Shown piece after piece: positions 13,400-26,422 of a stretch of DNA of 64,000 nucleotides. The translations under genes and the position numbers were made by a program. Under the pieces are notes generated by a model. The model did not search any database and had not been told where the DNA came from. It worked only from the letters and a program-made list of their open reading frames with translations. The number at the start of each line of letters is the position of its first letter. Within the stretch, counting starts at the first letter, position 1. Origin of the DNA: Macrostomum hystrix (taxonomy: Eukaryota; Animalia; Platyhelminthes); assembly GCA_950097015.1 (NCBI GenBank), contig CATNEN010000038.1, forward strand, positions 14,260,001 through 14,324,000. The letters are read 5' to 3'.

Positions 13400-16378
13400 G
13401 TTGCATTCTGTTACAAATAATCTTAAAAACAAAAAACTCATTGCGCTTCGACGCACTCGCAGACAAAATAGAAATTTGAAAATTTGAAACGACAAGATGG
13501 CTTTGGATTCCAAGATCTGTTAGAGCGATGAAAATTCATATTTAGCAAACACACGCACACAGGCAGGCAGATCTGAAAATCTGAAAAGCATTCCAGGAAA
13601 GCCGCAAAAGCTCGAGCCGTTTGTCTCCCCCAAAAATTTTGCTTCCTGTCCTCAGTCGCTAAGAGCCGCCAATTCAGCTTCGGATTCAGGCAGGAAAAAT
13701 CCGCTCTTTTGACAGCAAAACCACAGCTGTCAACTCTTTAGAGCTTAAAAAAAAGAAATATTTTAAGCAGTGGCAGCCCTCAATCTGTTGGGACTTGTTG
13801 AGGTCCTGAGGACTTCTGTTCCGATGGAATTCCCCACACACTGACTGGCCCCAGACGAGCCAACAAGTGATGTCCGCAAGGAACAGTCGGTCATCAGGCG
13901 TGTTTGATCCGTCAACTTTGATACCCTCGCGGGACCGTCGTTGAAGAGGCGTCCAGGGCATCACAAGATGCGAATTCGGAACTGCTTTTGGCTGCGGCTG
14001 CGGCGGCCGTCACAATGTCCTTCCGGCGCCATGGGCTCCGCCTATGCAGCATTTCCAAAATCAGTAACGGTCAAGTAGACCCCGCCCCACCTCCGCCTCC
14101 CCCAATCCCCTAGACACAGTGGTGTGGGCACCGCAATTAAAAAACAAGACCGCCGCAACAATGGCTTAGCCAGCAACAGCAGCAGTAGCAGCAGCAGCAG
14201 CACTCCAGCTGAGATAGTTATCTACCTGATGCGTCAGGGACAAGGCCACGGACAGAACATGACACCGCCCTGTCACAAATCCCAGACTCGCTCTTTTTCT
14301 AAGCTTCTTTTAGCCTCCCCTCCGGGGCCACTGCTTCTTCTCCGCCTTGTTTTCTGGTCCCTGCCAACCCAATAAGCCGGGCCAGAATGTCACTGAGGTG
14401 GCAACCGAGGCGCAGAAAATGGTAGGTGGTTCCCGGCCCCAACAAGAAGCTTTCGGGCAAGTCACCAAAGCGAACACCGCCAACCCCCCCCCCGCCTATT
14501 GCCTGCGCCTTGATCCCGCGCTGTCAAAAAAGCAGCAGCAGCAGCAGCAACTAGACGTCGTTACGAGACAGTTTTGTGAGGCCTGGCGCTGAAAGAAGGT
14601 CAGCCCCAGTCTGCACCACAAACCCAGCCGCATTTGTTAATGTCGTTAAGGGCAATTATCTCTCCGCTGGCGCAGCCCGTTGTTCTGTAACAAAAAAAAT
14701 TCGTACACTTTTTCTTAGAAAAGAAAGTAAAAATGTGAAAGAAGATGAAGAGACACGACCACACAAAAAGGGACGATAAATGTTCCAATTTAAATAATCG
14801 AAATTCAAGGACTCAAAGAAAATTTGGACCATGATAAATGCAGAAAAATTTTTCTCTTGAGCCCATTGGTCATAATAAAAAATAAAGGACAATAATAATA
14901 ACATTATTATTATTATTGCAGGAGGGCTACGAGCTAGTGGCAATGGCAAATCATTTAGTGACAATAGACACGCTAGAGTCTAGGGAAACGCTCTGCCACC
15001 GACCCCCATCCTTTAGGCCAACGAACTAACTAATCGGATAATTAGTTTGAAAAAAAACTGCTTAAAAAGTTGAAGTTCTGTTTCTGTCGTTTCTGGTGGT
15101 CGAATATAATCGTCAGAGCTATGTGGTTGACAACGACCCCCCGCAATGGTCCGGTAAGCTGTTGAAGAAGAAAACACCTAGATAAGAATTGTAGTTCCGA
15201 TTCTCCAGGGACAGTCAAACCGCTCTCTAGTGCCGCTGATTTTTTTGTTGGGCAAGAATCCCTTGGCAAAGGTCCGGCTGGGCCTCTATAACTAACTAGC
15301 TGCATGGCTTGGGGGTTGTGGGGGGGAACGTGCGACCACTGCCTAGCAACCAACACGCGACTATATAGTCCTGTTAGAGACCAGAGAAATATACTGCGAA
15401 AATACAACTAACTGAGCCTTGGCTTCGCTTAGTCCCGACGGAATTAGCTATAATTGTTGGGCAGAAATGAAAAGGGACAAGTGAAAGAGAGTGAGGCAAA
15501 GCAGGTATTCGGTCGCTAAGGCTTGGTTCTGTCCCATTTAAGGCGTGGCTTCGCTGTTGCCTGAAGTTCCATTATTCATTTCTTATACACTCCGCACGCT
15601 GTCGCCTGACCAGTAAATTTTCGACAAGGAGAAGATAGATGCGGTCGTCCTTGGCGATAGAAATCAGTTTTGGTCCCCAAACGGTAGGTGGGGGGAAACT
15701 TTCTTCTATAGGAGATGATACGAGAGCTAAAACTGCTGATCAGTTCTGGCAATCAATCAGAATCAGGTGACCACCGCGGGCCCACTTCATCTCCTTGTCT
15801 GCTTTAAAAAGGCGCAAACGACTGATCTGTCGTTTCTTAAACCACCGGCGATGCTTAGAAAAACATTTCGGACTGTTAGCGGAATGATGGGCCTAATGTT
15901 CCAATGCTTTTGCGCCTTCATGGGGATATTGTTGGTTAGGATTAAGTCTAGATTAGTTTAGATCGAGTTCAGTGTGCCTAACTTTGAATCTGGCGTTTTA
16001 TTGATTGCATCAGATTGGTTGTCTTAACAAGTTGCGGGGGTTTAATGCATGAGTCAGGTGTTAAAATTATTGAGTCGTGTAGGGAAATTAACAGTAGCAA
16101 GACCGCACGCTAGATTACCCCTGGGGAAAGATATTATCAAAAATAACAGCCGATTCCTTGATGAAAATTTGCGAGCAGAAAATACCTCAACGATGCTGAT
16201 GTTTTGTATTTTTGAAAGTCGTTTCTTCGGATAGAGTGGAAAATTTTAGCCCGTATTCTGGATTTTCACGGTGACTGGTTGAATATTTTTTGAGATACGG
16301 AATATGGGTCAAGTGTAGAAATGAATGGGCCAGCAGCAATCCTTCAACCTCCGACCATCCCGCCTGTCAAACCGCCAG

Positions 16379-16614
16379 TGCTGGACAAGCTACAGAGCAG
16401 CAGTCACGAGTCCGGCTCCTCAGTTGAGCTGGCCCGGCCCAGCCTCGTGTTTGACATCGCCAGCCTCGTCCTGTACGGCGCCCAGGCGGCCCCTGTGCGG
16501 CTGAAAATCCTGCTGGACAGGCTGTTCTCGGCGCTGCAGCACAGCGAGGTCCTGCGCATTCTGCACGCCTTCGGCTGGCAGTACGACGATTACGCAAGGG
16601 GCTACATACTGCAG
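16379..16614 (+). CDS. BNC: Basonuclin/disco-family, exon 2
   Basis: Acceptor CCGCCAG|; the phase-1 join gives H-V-LDKL. Contains [30 protein letters not shown]...[15 protein letters not shown], the conserved basonuclin N-terminal domain. Donor CAG|GTGTGG. Confidence 0.92.
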
Positions 16615-16667
16615 GTGTGGTCCATGACCTGCCTCACATTTGCATTCCCACCATATTCTAATTCTAA

Positions 16668-17516
16668 AGATCTATATCCTTCAGATCTATATCCTTCAGA
16701 TCTATATCCTACAGTTCTATATCCAATTAGATCTATATCCTACAGATCTATATCCTACAGAACTAAATCCAATTAGATCTATATCCTATAGATCTATATC
16801 CTACAGAACTAAATCCAATTAGATCTATATCCTACAGATCTATATCCTACAGAACTAAATCCAATTAGATCTATATCCTTCAGATCTATATCCTACAGAA
16901 CTAAATCCAATTAGATCTATATCCTTCAGATCTATATCCTACAGAAATAAATCCACTTAGATCTATATCCTACAGATCTATATCCTACAGAAATAAATCC
17001 AATTAGATCTATATCCTTCAGATCGATATCCTACAGAACTAAATCCAATTAGATCTATATCCTACAGATCTATATCCTACAGAACTAAATCCAATTAGAT
17101 CTATATCCTTCAGATCTATATCCTACAGAACTAAATCCAATTAGATCTATATCCTTCAGATCTATATCCTACAGAACTAAATCCAATTAGATCTATATCC
17201 TTCACATCTATATCCTACAGAACTAAATCCAATTAGATCTATATCCTACAGATCTATATCCTACAGATCTATATCCTACAGAACTAAATCCAATGAGATC
17301 TATATCCTTCAGATCTATATCCTACAGAACTAAATCCAATTAGATCTATATCCTTCAGATCTATATCCTACAGAACTATATCCAATTAGATCTATATACT
17401 ACTGATCTATATCCTACAGTTCTATATCCAATTAGATCTATATCCTACTGATCTATATCCTATAGATCTAAATCCTAACAGATCTGAATCCAAGAGATCT
17501 ATATCCTACAGATCTA
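16668..17516. repeat. 15-bp-based minisatellite (AGATCTATATCCTWC) with a 45-bp higher-order unit, BNC intron 2
   Basis: Repeating triplet AGATCTATATCCTTC / AGATCTATATCCTAC / AGAACTAAATCCAATT. Confidence 0.95.
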
Positions 17517-17584
17517 GAATCCGATACCAAAAATGTCATTTTATATTTATGATACTAATCCACATGAAATCGCACTCTTTGCAG

Positions 17585-17909
17585 GACAGTCGTGGTCGAG
17601 TACTCGACGATTGGCAGGTGAGCAGCCGCGACGAGGAGCTGCTGACCATCCAGCAGCTGCTGCGCTTCGGAGAGACCCGCGCCCTGGCACAGGCCATGCT
17701 GGCTCAAGAGGGTCGCCTAAGACAAGAGTCGGCGGCGGCTGCGGCGGGCTTGATGCAAAGTCTGGCCGCCGCAGCCTCAGCTTATATGCAGCAACAGCAG
17801 CAGCAGCATCACCAGCAGCATCAGCAGCAGCAGCAGCAGCAGCAGATGCTGCTGCACCAGCATCTGATCCGGCAACACCAGCAGTCTATGTGCATGATGC
17901 CAAGCCCTT
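17585..17909 (+). CDS. BNC: Basonuclin/disco-family, exon 3
   Basis: Acceptor TTTGCAG|. [10 protein letters not shown]...[16 protein letters not shown] continues the basonuclin domain, followed by poly-Q. Donor T|GTGAGT at 17910. Confidence 0.88.
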
Positions 17910-17993
17910 GTGAGTTTTTTGCTAGTAAAATTAGAAATGTTGACCATTGGGTTTTCCCAATTATTTTAATTGGTTCCCACAATCCATGCCCAG

Positions 17994-19390
17994 CTCTGCC
18001 GCCAGAAAATTCGCCGACATCCAAGATGAAGCGAGCAGCTCCAGCCGAGACATCGGCCGTGGCAGCCGCTGACGCGGCGGTGGCTTCTAAGTCGCGACGA
18101 AAGCGTCGAGAATCTTCAACGCCGCCGACGGAGGAGATTCAAAGCGTCACTGCAGCCGCCACCACTGATGCCGCATCTGCCGCTGCCGCCGACAAAGAGC
18201 AGCAAGGTGAGATTCAAGCCGAGCTGCAGCCGGAGCAGTCAGGTGGCAGCAGCGAGCACGGCATGGATGACAACGTCGGGGAGAAGGCTCTCAGAACAGA
18301 GAGCGACATCAACGAGCTGGAGCTGGAGAATGACTTGGAGGACGAAGATCTGGACGATGAGGAGGGCGAATATCTAGACGAGGGAGAGGAGGCGCTGTCA
18401 GATGGTCATCTGGACGATTCGGCAACAACCGCCGACTGCGGTCTGGAAGTGTCGACCACCCCGACGACACTGCTCAGCGGAGGCGGCGGCGGCGGAGGAG
18501 GTGGCGGAGCCGCGTCAACCAGCTCGCTGCTGCAGGGCGCCTCCAGCGGCGGAGGAGTTCGCGGCCGACCCTGCCTGTCGCAGAGCAAACGGCGGGTCCT
18601 CTGCACCGTCTGCAACAAGACCTTCTGTGACAAGGGCGCCCTGAAGATTCACTACAGCGCAGTGCACCTGAAGGAGATGCACCGCTGCACCATAGCCGGC
18701 TGCAACATGTGGTTCAGCTCCCGGCGCAGCCGGAACCGCCACTCGGCCAATCCCAATCCCCGGCTGCACATGTCCCATCCCAACCGGAAGCTGCCAGACG
18801 GTGCCCGGATTGTTGACGACGGCAGTGGTCGCAGTCTGTCTAGCAAGGCGCCAATGCCCAGCAACATCACTAACCCGCCGCTCGTCTCGGCGCCCATACC
18901 GTCGCGCCAGTTGGACGGCAACATCGCCAAGGAGATATTCGAGCAGGCGATTCGCTGCGGCAGTCAGCAGCAGCAGCAGCAGCAGCAAAGTCTGGCGAAG
19001 CTTCACCAGCGGCAGCAGTCGTTAGCCAGTCTGGCTTCGATCTCAGAAGCGGCCTCAGACCAGGCGGATGATTTCGAATGCGGCAAGCTTGCCGCTTCAA
19101 CAGCAATGGAGCATTCGGCAGGTTGCAGCGAGGACAGCTCTGAGGAATATGACAATGAGCAGGAGGAAGACCTGCCGATGGTGCAGCAGCATTCGGGCCA
19201 GCAGCGCAGCCACATGCTCCATCAGCAGCAGCAGCCGTGCTGCCCTGACCAGTCATCGCCAGAGTCGCAGCATCCGTGCACCATCGACGGCTGCAACGCC
19301 ATGTTCCCGTCGAAGCGAAGTCGAGATCGGCACAGCGCCAACCTCAACCTGCATCGCAAGCTGCTGTCGACCAGCGGCTCCTCGTTCCAG
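17994..19390 (+). CDS. BNC: Basonuclin/disco-family, exon 4 (C2H2 finger pair plus one further finger)
   Basis: [61 protein letters not shown] is the disco/basonuclin finger pair. A later finger reads [32 protein letters not shown]. Also an acidic tract and a basic NLS-like SRRKRR. Donor CAG|GTAAGA. Confidence 0.93.
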
Positions 19391-19483
19391 GTAAGACGAA
19401 GAACATCATAGAGTAGTTGATTAAACAATGAGCATTTGCTTCTGAGTTAAAGCACTGAAAAAAACATTATTCATTTATAACAG

Positions 19484-20026
19484 TTGAGCAAGCACCAGCA
19501 GCTCAGAGGATTTCAACAGACCGCCGAAGCTGCGGCTTTCATTGAGTCGCCGACAGCGCCACCATCTCAGCCTCATCCGCCCCCGCCGCCGCCGCCGCCA
19601 CCGCCGCCGCCGCACTTCCTTTCCGGACTATTTCCCTTCGGCGCTTCCGGTAGGATCAGCCACCAGCCTTCGACTTTGGCGCCGCCGCCGCCGCCGCCGC
19701 CGCCACCGCCACCACCATTCTTTTCAGCTGCCGCAGCCGCTGCAGCTGCCGCTTATTTTCAGCGCCAGCATCAGCAACATCGCCAGCAGCAGCAGCAGCA
19801 GCAGCAACTTCCAACATCGGTAGCTGCTGCGGCGGCGGCTGTGGCAGCGGCCGCCACGAATGGTCAGCCGCCGCTGCTGCCTCCCGGCTTTGGCTTTCCG
19901 GCACTTCCGTCGGTGGCTGCGGCGGCGGCCGCGGCGGCTGCGGCTGCCGGCGGATTCAGCGGCGCTGGCGGCCTCGGACTTAGCGGTGGCGTCGGAGGTG
20001 CATCCGAGAGCCTGCTTTCACCGTGA
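19484..20026 (+). CDS. BNC: Basonuclin/disco-family, terminal exon (Pro/Ala/Gln-rich)
   Basis: Acceptor TTTATAACAG|, phase 0, open to TGA at 20026. Exons sum to 2610 nt (870 codons). AATAAA near 20564. Confidence 0.82.
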   Translation: MSKHQQLRGFQQTAEAAAFIESPTAPPSQPHPPPPPPPPPPPPHFLSGLFPFGASGRISHQPSTLAPPPPPPPPPPPPFFSAAAAAAAAAYFQRQHQQHRQQQQQQQQLPTSVAAAAAAVAAAATNGQPPLLPPGFGFPALPSVAAAAAAAAAAAGGFSGAGGLGLSGGVGGASESLLSP

Positions 20027-20085
20027 GTTTCACGAATGTTCCAGCTTTGATCATTGAACAGAAGATCTGTTCTTCATAATGACAG

Positions 20086-20271
20086 CTGGGGTTGCCTATT
20101 CTGCAGGGTGAGGGTTGCGTGTCCTGCAATCACAGGGTCAGAGTTGCCAGTTCTGCAGGGTGAGGGCTGCCTGTTATACAGGGTGAGGTTTGCCTGTTCT
20201 GCAGGGTGAGGGCTGCCTGTTCTGCAGGGTGAGGGCTGCCTGTTCTGCAATCACAGGGTGAGGGTTGCCTG
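20086..20271. repeat. ~23-bp short array GCAGGGTGAGGGYTGCCTGTTCT in the BNC 3'UTR
   Basis: About 7-8 imperfect copies. Confidence 0.85.
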
Positions 20272-21130
20272 ATCATCAGTGAATAACAGATCGTGTATAA
20301 CTAACCCCCTTCCATCAGTTTCCGCCTGCCGAAGTTGCTGCCAGTAACCAACGGACCGAAGGATCGCAGCATGGAGACCTGAAGGACTCGACGCGCATAA
20401 TCCCTAGAACAGTAAATTATGCAATCTCACAATAACTATTGAGTCTCTATTATTGCTTCATCATTGCTCACAATTGTCCTAAATGTAGTGAGTTCCTGGC
20501 CCGAGCTTTTACAGTGCAATGAAGTTTCACCAAAATGCGCTATAATATGATTATGCTTTGTTTAATAAAACATTCACTGCTAAATACTTCTTTTTTGTAG
20601 TATTTGCTTTCAAATTCAAGCGATTCGTTTCACTAGGAAAACAGTTTTATAGGCTTACAAAAAACAGTCTGCATCGTACACGTTCTGCCGATGTTTAATT
20701 AAGTATTAGCGCATGGCACAATTGCTGTGTAGATTTTTTATTTCTCTTGTGCAACGAGCACGTGTACATACGAGCGTATTAGCAGTTCTCATTGTTCAGG
20801 TCCGCTTTAGCTTGCCACCCTAATATTAATTTCACCAGCATTGATCTTAAAATATCGCCTCTAGGTGTACATCTATGTCGCAATAAATGTCGTCTAAATA
20901 AAAAATACCCACTAGATTGTCACGTGATGCTTTTGTACATGTACATGTACCACTTCTGTCTGCTTCTACACGTAAAATGCCGCAGCTTTCGATTTTAGAC
21001 GCGAAAAAATGCTTCAAAACGTTGTTTGCTGCTAATTCATTAATTATACACAAATACACATTTAGCTTGACATGTCAAAACCGCTTAACAGTTAATGTGT
21101 TTAAAACTGTTGAGTTACTCATTTGAGACC

Positions 21131-24100
21131 CACAATGAACCCATCAGCTCACACAGCACAATGAACCCATCAGCTCACACAGCACAATGAACCCATCAGC
21201 TCACACAGCACAATGAACCCACCAGCTCACACAGCACAATGAACTCATCAGCTCACACAGCACAATGAACCCATCAGCTCACACAGCACAATGAACCCAT
21301 CAGCTCACACAGCACAATGAACCCATCAGCTCACACAGCACAATGAACCCATCAGCTCACACAGCACAATGAACCCATCAGCTCACACAGCACAATGAAC
21401 CCATCAGCTCACACAGCACAATGAACCCATCAGCTCACACAGCACAATGAACCCATCAGCTCACACAGCACAATGAACCCATCAGCTCACACAGCACAAT
21501 GAACTCATCAGCTCACACAGCACAATGAACCCATCAGCTCACACAGCACAATGAACCCATCAGCTCACACAGCAAAATGAACCCATCAGCTCACAGCAGC
21601 ACAATGAACCCATCAGCTCACACAGCACAATGAACTCATCAGCTCACACAGCACAATGAACCCATCAGCTCACACAGCACAATGAACTCATCAGCTCACA
21701 CAGCACAATGAACCCATCAGCTCACACAGCACAATGAACTCATCAGCTCACATCAGCACAATGAACCCACCAGCTAACACAGCACAATGAACCCATCAGC
21801 TCACACAGCACAATGAACCCATCAGCTCACACAGCACAATGAACTCATCAGCTCACACAGCACAATGAACCCATCAGCTCACACAGCACAATGAACTCAT
21901 CAGCTCACACAGCACAATGAACTCATCAGCTCACACAGCACAATGAACTCATCAGCTCACACAGCACAATGAACTCATCAGCTCACATCAGCACAATGAA
22001 CCCACCAGCTCACACAGCACAATGAACTCATCAGCTCACACAGCACAATGAACTCATCAGCTCACATCAGCACAATGAACCCATCAGCTCACACAGCACA
22101 ATGAACTCATCAGCTCACACAGCACAATGAACCCATCAGCTCACACAGCACAATGAACCCATCAGCTCACACAGCACAATGAACTCATCAGCTCACACAG
22201 CACAATGAACCCATCAGCTCACACAGCACAATGAACCCATCAGCTCACACAGCAAAATGAACCCATCAGCTCACAGCAGCACAATGAACCCATCAGCTCA
22301 CACAGCACAATGAACTCATCAGCTCACACAGCACAATGAACCCATCAGCTCACACAGCACAATGAACTCATCAGCTCACACAGCACAATGAACCCATCAG
22401 CTCACACAGCACAATGAACTCATCAGCTCACATCAGCACAATGAACCCACCAGCTCACACAGCACAATGAACCCATCAGCTCACACAGCACAATGAACCC
22501 ATCAGCTCACACAGCACAATGAACTCATCAGCTCACACAGCACAATGAACCCATCAGCTCACACAGCACAATGAACTCATCAGCTCACACAGCACAATGA
22601 ACTCATCAGCTCACATCAGCACAATGAACCCATCAGCTCACACAGCACAATGAACTCATCAGCTCACACAGCACAATGAACCCATCAGCTCACACAGCAC
22701 AATGAACTCATCAGCTCACACAGCACAATGAACCCATCAGCTCACACAGCACAATGAACCCATCAGCTCACACAGCACAATGAACTCATCAGCTCACACA
22801 GCACAATGAACCCATCAGCTCACACAGCACAATGAACTCATCAGCTCACATCAGCACAATGAACCCACCAGCTCACACAGCACAATGAACTCATCAGCTC
22901 ACACAGCACAATGAACTCATCAGCTCACATCAGCACAATGAACCCATCAGCTCACACAGCACAATGAACTCATCAGCTCACACAGCACAATGAACCCATC
23001 AGCTCACACAGCACAATGAACTCATCAGCTCACACAGCACAATGAACCCATCAGCTCACACAGCACAATGAACCCATCAGCTCACACAGCACAATGAACT
23101 CATCAGCTCACACAGCACAATGAACCCATCAGCTCACACAGCACAATGAACTCATCAGCTCACACAGCACAATGAACTCATCAGCTCACATCAGCACAAT
23201 GAACCCATCAGCTCACACAGCACAATGAACTCATCAGCTCACACAGCACAATGAACCCATCAGCTCACACAGCACAATGAACTCATCAGCTCACACAGCA
23301 CAATGAACCCATCAGCTCACACAGCACAATGAACTCATCAGCTCACACAGCACAATGAACCCATCAGCTCACACAGCACAATGAACCCATCAGCTCACAC
23401 AGCACAATGAACTCATCAGCTCACACAGCACAATGAACCCATCAGCTCACACAGCACAATGAACTCATCAGCTCACACAGCACAATGAACTCATCAGCTC
23501 ACATCAGCACAATGAACCCATCAGCTCACACAGCACAATGAACTCATCAGCTCACACAGCACAATGAACCCATCAGCTCACACAGCACAATGAACTCATC
23601 AGCTCACACAGCACAATGAACTCATCAGCTCACATCAGCACAATGAACCCACCAGCTCACACAGCACAATGAACCCATCAGCTCACACAGCACAATGAAC
23701 CCATCAGCTCACACAGCACAATGAACTCATCAGCTCACATCAGCACAATGAACCCATCAGCTCACACAGCACAATGAACTCATCAGCTCACACAGCACAA
23801 TGAACCCATCAGCTCACACAGCACAATGAACTCATCAGCTCACACAGCACAATGAACTCATCAGCTCACATCAGCACAATGAACCCACCAGCTCACACAG
23901 CACAATGAACCCATCAGCTCACACAGCACAATGAACCCATCAGCTCACACAGCACAATGAACTCATCAGCTCACACAGCACAATGAACCCATCAGCTCAC
24001 ACAGCACAATGAACTCATCAGCTCACACAGCACAATGAACTCATCAGCTCACACAGCACAATGAACCCATCAGCTCACACAGCACAATGAACTCATCAGC

Positions 24101-24345
24101 TCACATCAGCACAATGAACCCACCAGCTCACACAGCACAATGAACTCATCAGCTCACACAGCACAATGAACTCATCAGCTCACATCAGCACAATGAACCC
24201 ATCAGCTCACACAGCACAATGAACTCATCAGCTCACACAGCACAATGAACCCATCAGCTCACACAGCACAATGAACTCATCAGCTCACACAGCACAATGA
24301 ACCCATCAGCTCACACAGCACAATGAACCCATCAGCTCACAGCAG
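21131..24345. repeat. 26-bp minisatellite CACAATGAACYCATCAGCTCACACAG, ~120 copies
   Basis: Tandem units read directly, between the convergent BNC and MBD-like genes. Confidence 0.98.
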
Positions 24346-25432
24346 CGGACACTCCAATGAACTCAGACAACCTAAGCAACCAAACAATAAACCTGTAAAA
24401 TAAAGGCTAGAACAAAAGTAAAAAAGTGTCTCTATATCGCTGATTTGTTTTAAAGCCAAGCTGAACTCCATTATCCAAGTCAGTAGATTTGGGTCTAACT
24501 ATGAATTACTTAACAAATTTATTTCTTAATTATCCTCTTACACAGACAAAGATTAACAAAATGATAGGCGTTTCTGTGATTCACAAATTAGTTTTTTAAA
24601 CTTAACACTGTGCAGCATATGACCAAGCTTAACAAAACAACAAGAGAAATTATAAAAAGAAAATTTAAATATAAGAAAACGACAGAGAGTAAACTAATAG
24701 GATGCGCAAAATGTGAATGAACACGTCTTTATTAACCTTGAAAACAATATAAGGTAAGCACAACATGGCTTTATATATTGTAATAATTTATCCGAACTCG
24801 TGTCCTCATCTACAGTAGTACTACTAACAAAGTAGTAAATTGTGTTTTTCAAGATTAGGCGAGTTTAATTAAAGCGCTAATTAAAAATAATACTACTGCT
24901 GTGAGTAGAGTGTATGAAGCATTTTACATAATTTTAGAGCAAAGCAAATATTTATAAAAAGGTTGGTAGAAATTAGTTTTTTTAACGTTAAGTCTTAACA
25001 AGCGACAACTCCCTAGAGGCAATTAAGCACATAAAAATATCAGATAAATGAATGAAATTGCACATTAGAACTAGTGTTATCAATAAGTCAAGTTTCAGAT
25101 ATAAAAAGATACATTTTAACACTGACAGATAATTAATATGACATAAGATCCATAAAAAAATAACAACAAACTTGACAAGCTATGTGAAAAACTTTCTTAG
25201 AAATATTAAAAGGTGAATAGATAAGATGAAAGATGATTAGAAAGAACACATAACAACAGAAATATAATGTCACAAAATGTTCATCAGGGAAGTAGAAACA
25301 AATTTCAACAGTTTTCCCATCATTTTTCTAGTTTTTAAGAATCAATAAAATCAAAACTTGCCTTTTGCAAAATAGGCTGAAGGGCAGGTGACCACAATAT
25401 GTCAGGGCAGGCGGCTGAAATGGATTTGTTAT

Positions 25433-26422
25433 AATAGAATGGGATTCCAAATCTGTAAGGATAGAATGGGATTCCAAATCTGTAAGGATAGAATGGGATT
25501 CCAAATCTGTTAGGATATAATGGGATTCCATATCTGTTAGGATAGAATGGGATTCCATATCTATAAGGATAGAATGGGATTCCAAATCTGTAAGGATAGA
25601 ATGGGATTCCATATCTGTAAGGATAGAATGGGATTCCAAATCTGTTAGGATAGAATGGAATTCAATATCTCTTAGGATAGAATGGGATTCCAAATCTGTT
25701 AGGATAGAATGGGATTCCAAATCTGTAAGGATAGAATGGGATTCCAAATCTGTTAGGATAGAATGGGATTCCAAATCTGTAAGGATAGAATGGGATTCCA
25801 TATCTGTTAGGATAGAATGGGATTCCATATCTGTTAGGATAGAATGGGATTCCATATCTGTTAGGATAGAATGGGATTCCAAATCTGTAAGGATAGAATG
25901 GGATTCCATATCTGTAAGGATAGAATGGGATTCCATATCTGTTAGGATAGAATGGGATTCCAAATCTGTTAGGATAGAATGGGATTCCATATCTGTTAGG
26001 ATAGAATGGGATTCCAAATCTGTAAGGATAGAATGGGATTCCATATTTGTTAGGATAGAATGGGATTCCATATCTGTTAGGATAGAATGGGATTCCATAT
26101 CTATAAGGATAGAATGGGATTCAATATCTCTTAGGATAGAATGGGATTCTATATCTATAAGGATAGAATGGGATTCCATATCTGTTAGGATAGAATGGGA
26201 TTCAATATCTCTTAGGATAGAATGGGATCCTATATCTATAAGGATAGAATGGGATTCCATATCTATAAAGATAGAATGGGATTCCATATCTGTTTGGATA
26301 GAATGGGATTCCATATCTGTTTGGATAGAATGGGATTCCATATCTGTTTGGATAGAATGGGATTCCATATCTGTTTGGATAGAATGGGATTCAATATCTC
26401 TTAGGATAGAATGGGATTCCAA
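25433..26422. repeat. 27-bp minisatellite GGATAGAATGGGATTCCAWATCTGTWA, ~36 copies
   Basis: Tandem units read directly; lies inside a predicted 3'UTR intron. Confidence 0.97.

Noticed and set aside
17533-20057. Many alternative-frame and antisense ORFs over the BNC exons (likewise over the MBD-like, DDX41 and TRP exons)
   Set aside because: Shadow ORFs of GC-rich, low-complexity coding sequence.
21131-24345. CTGATGAG hammerhead core on the minus strand of the 26-mer
   Set aside because: No downstream GAAA and no stem II/III arrangement.
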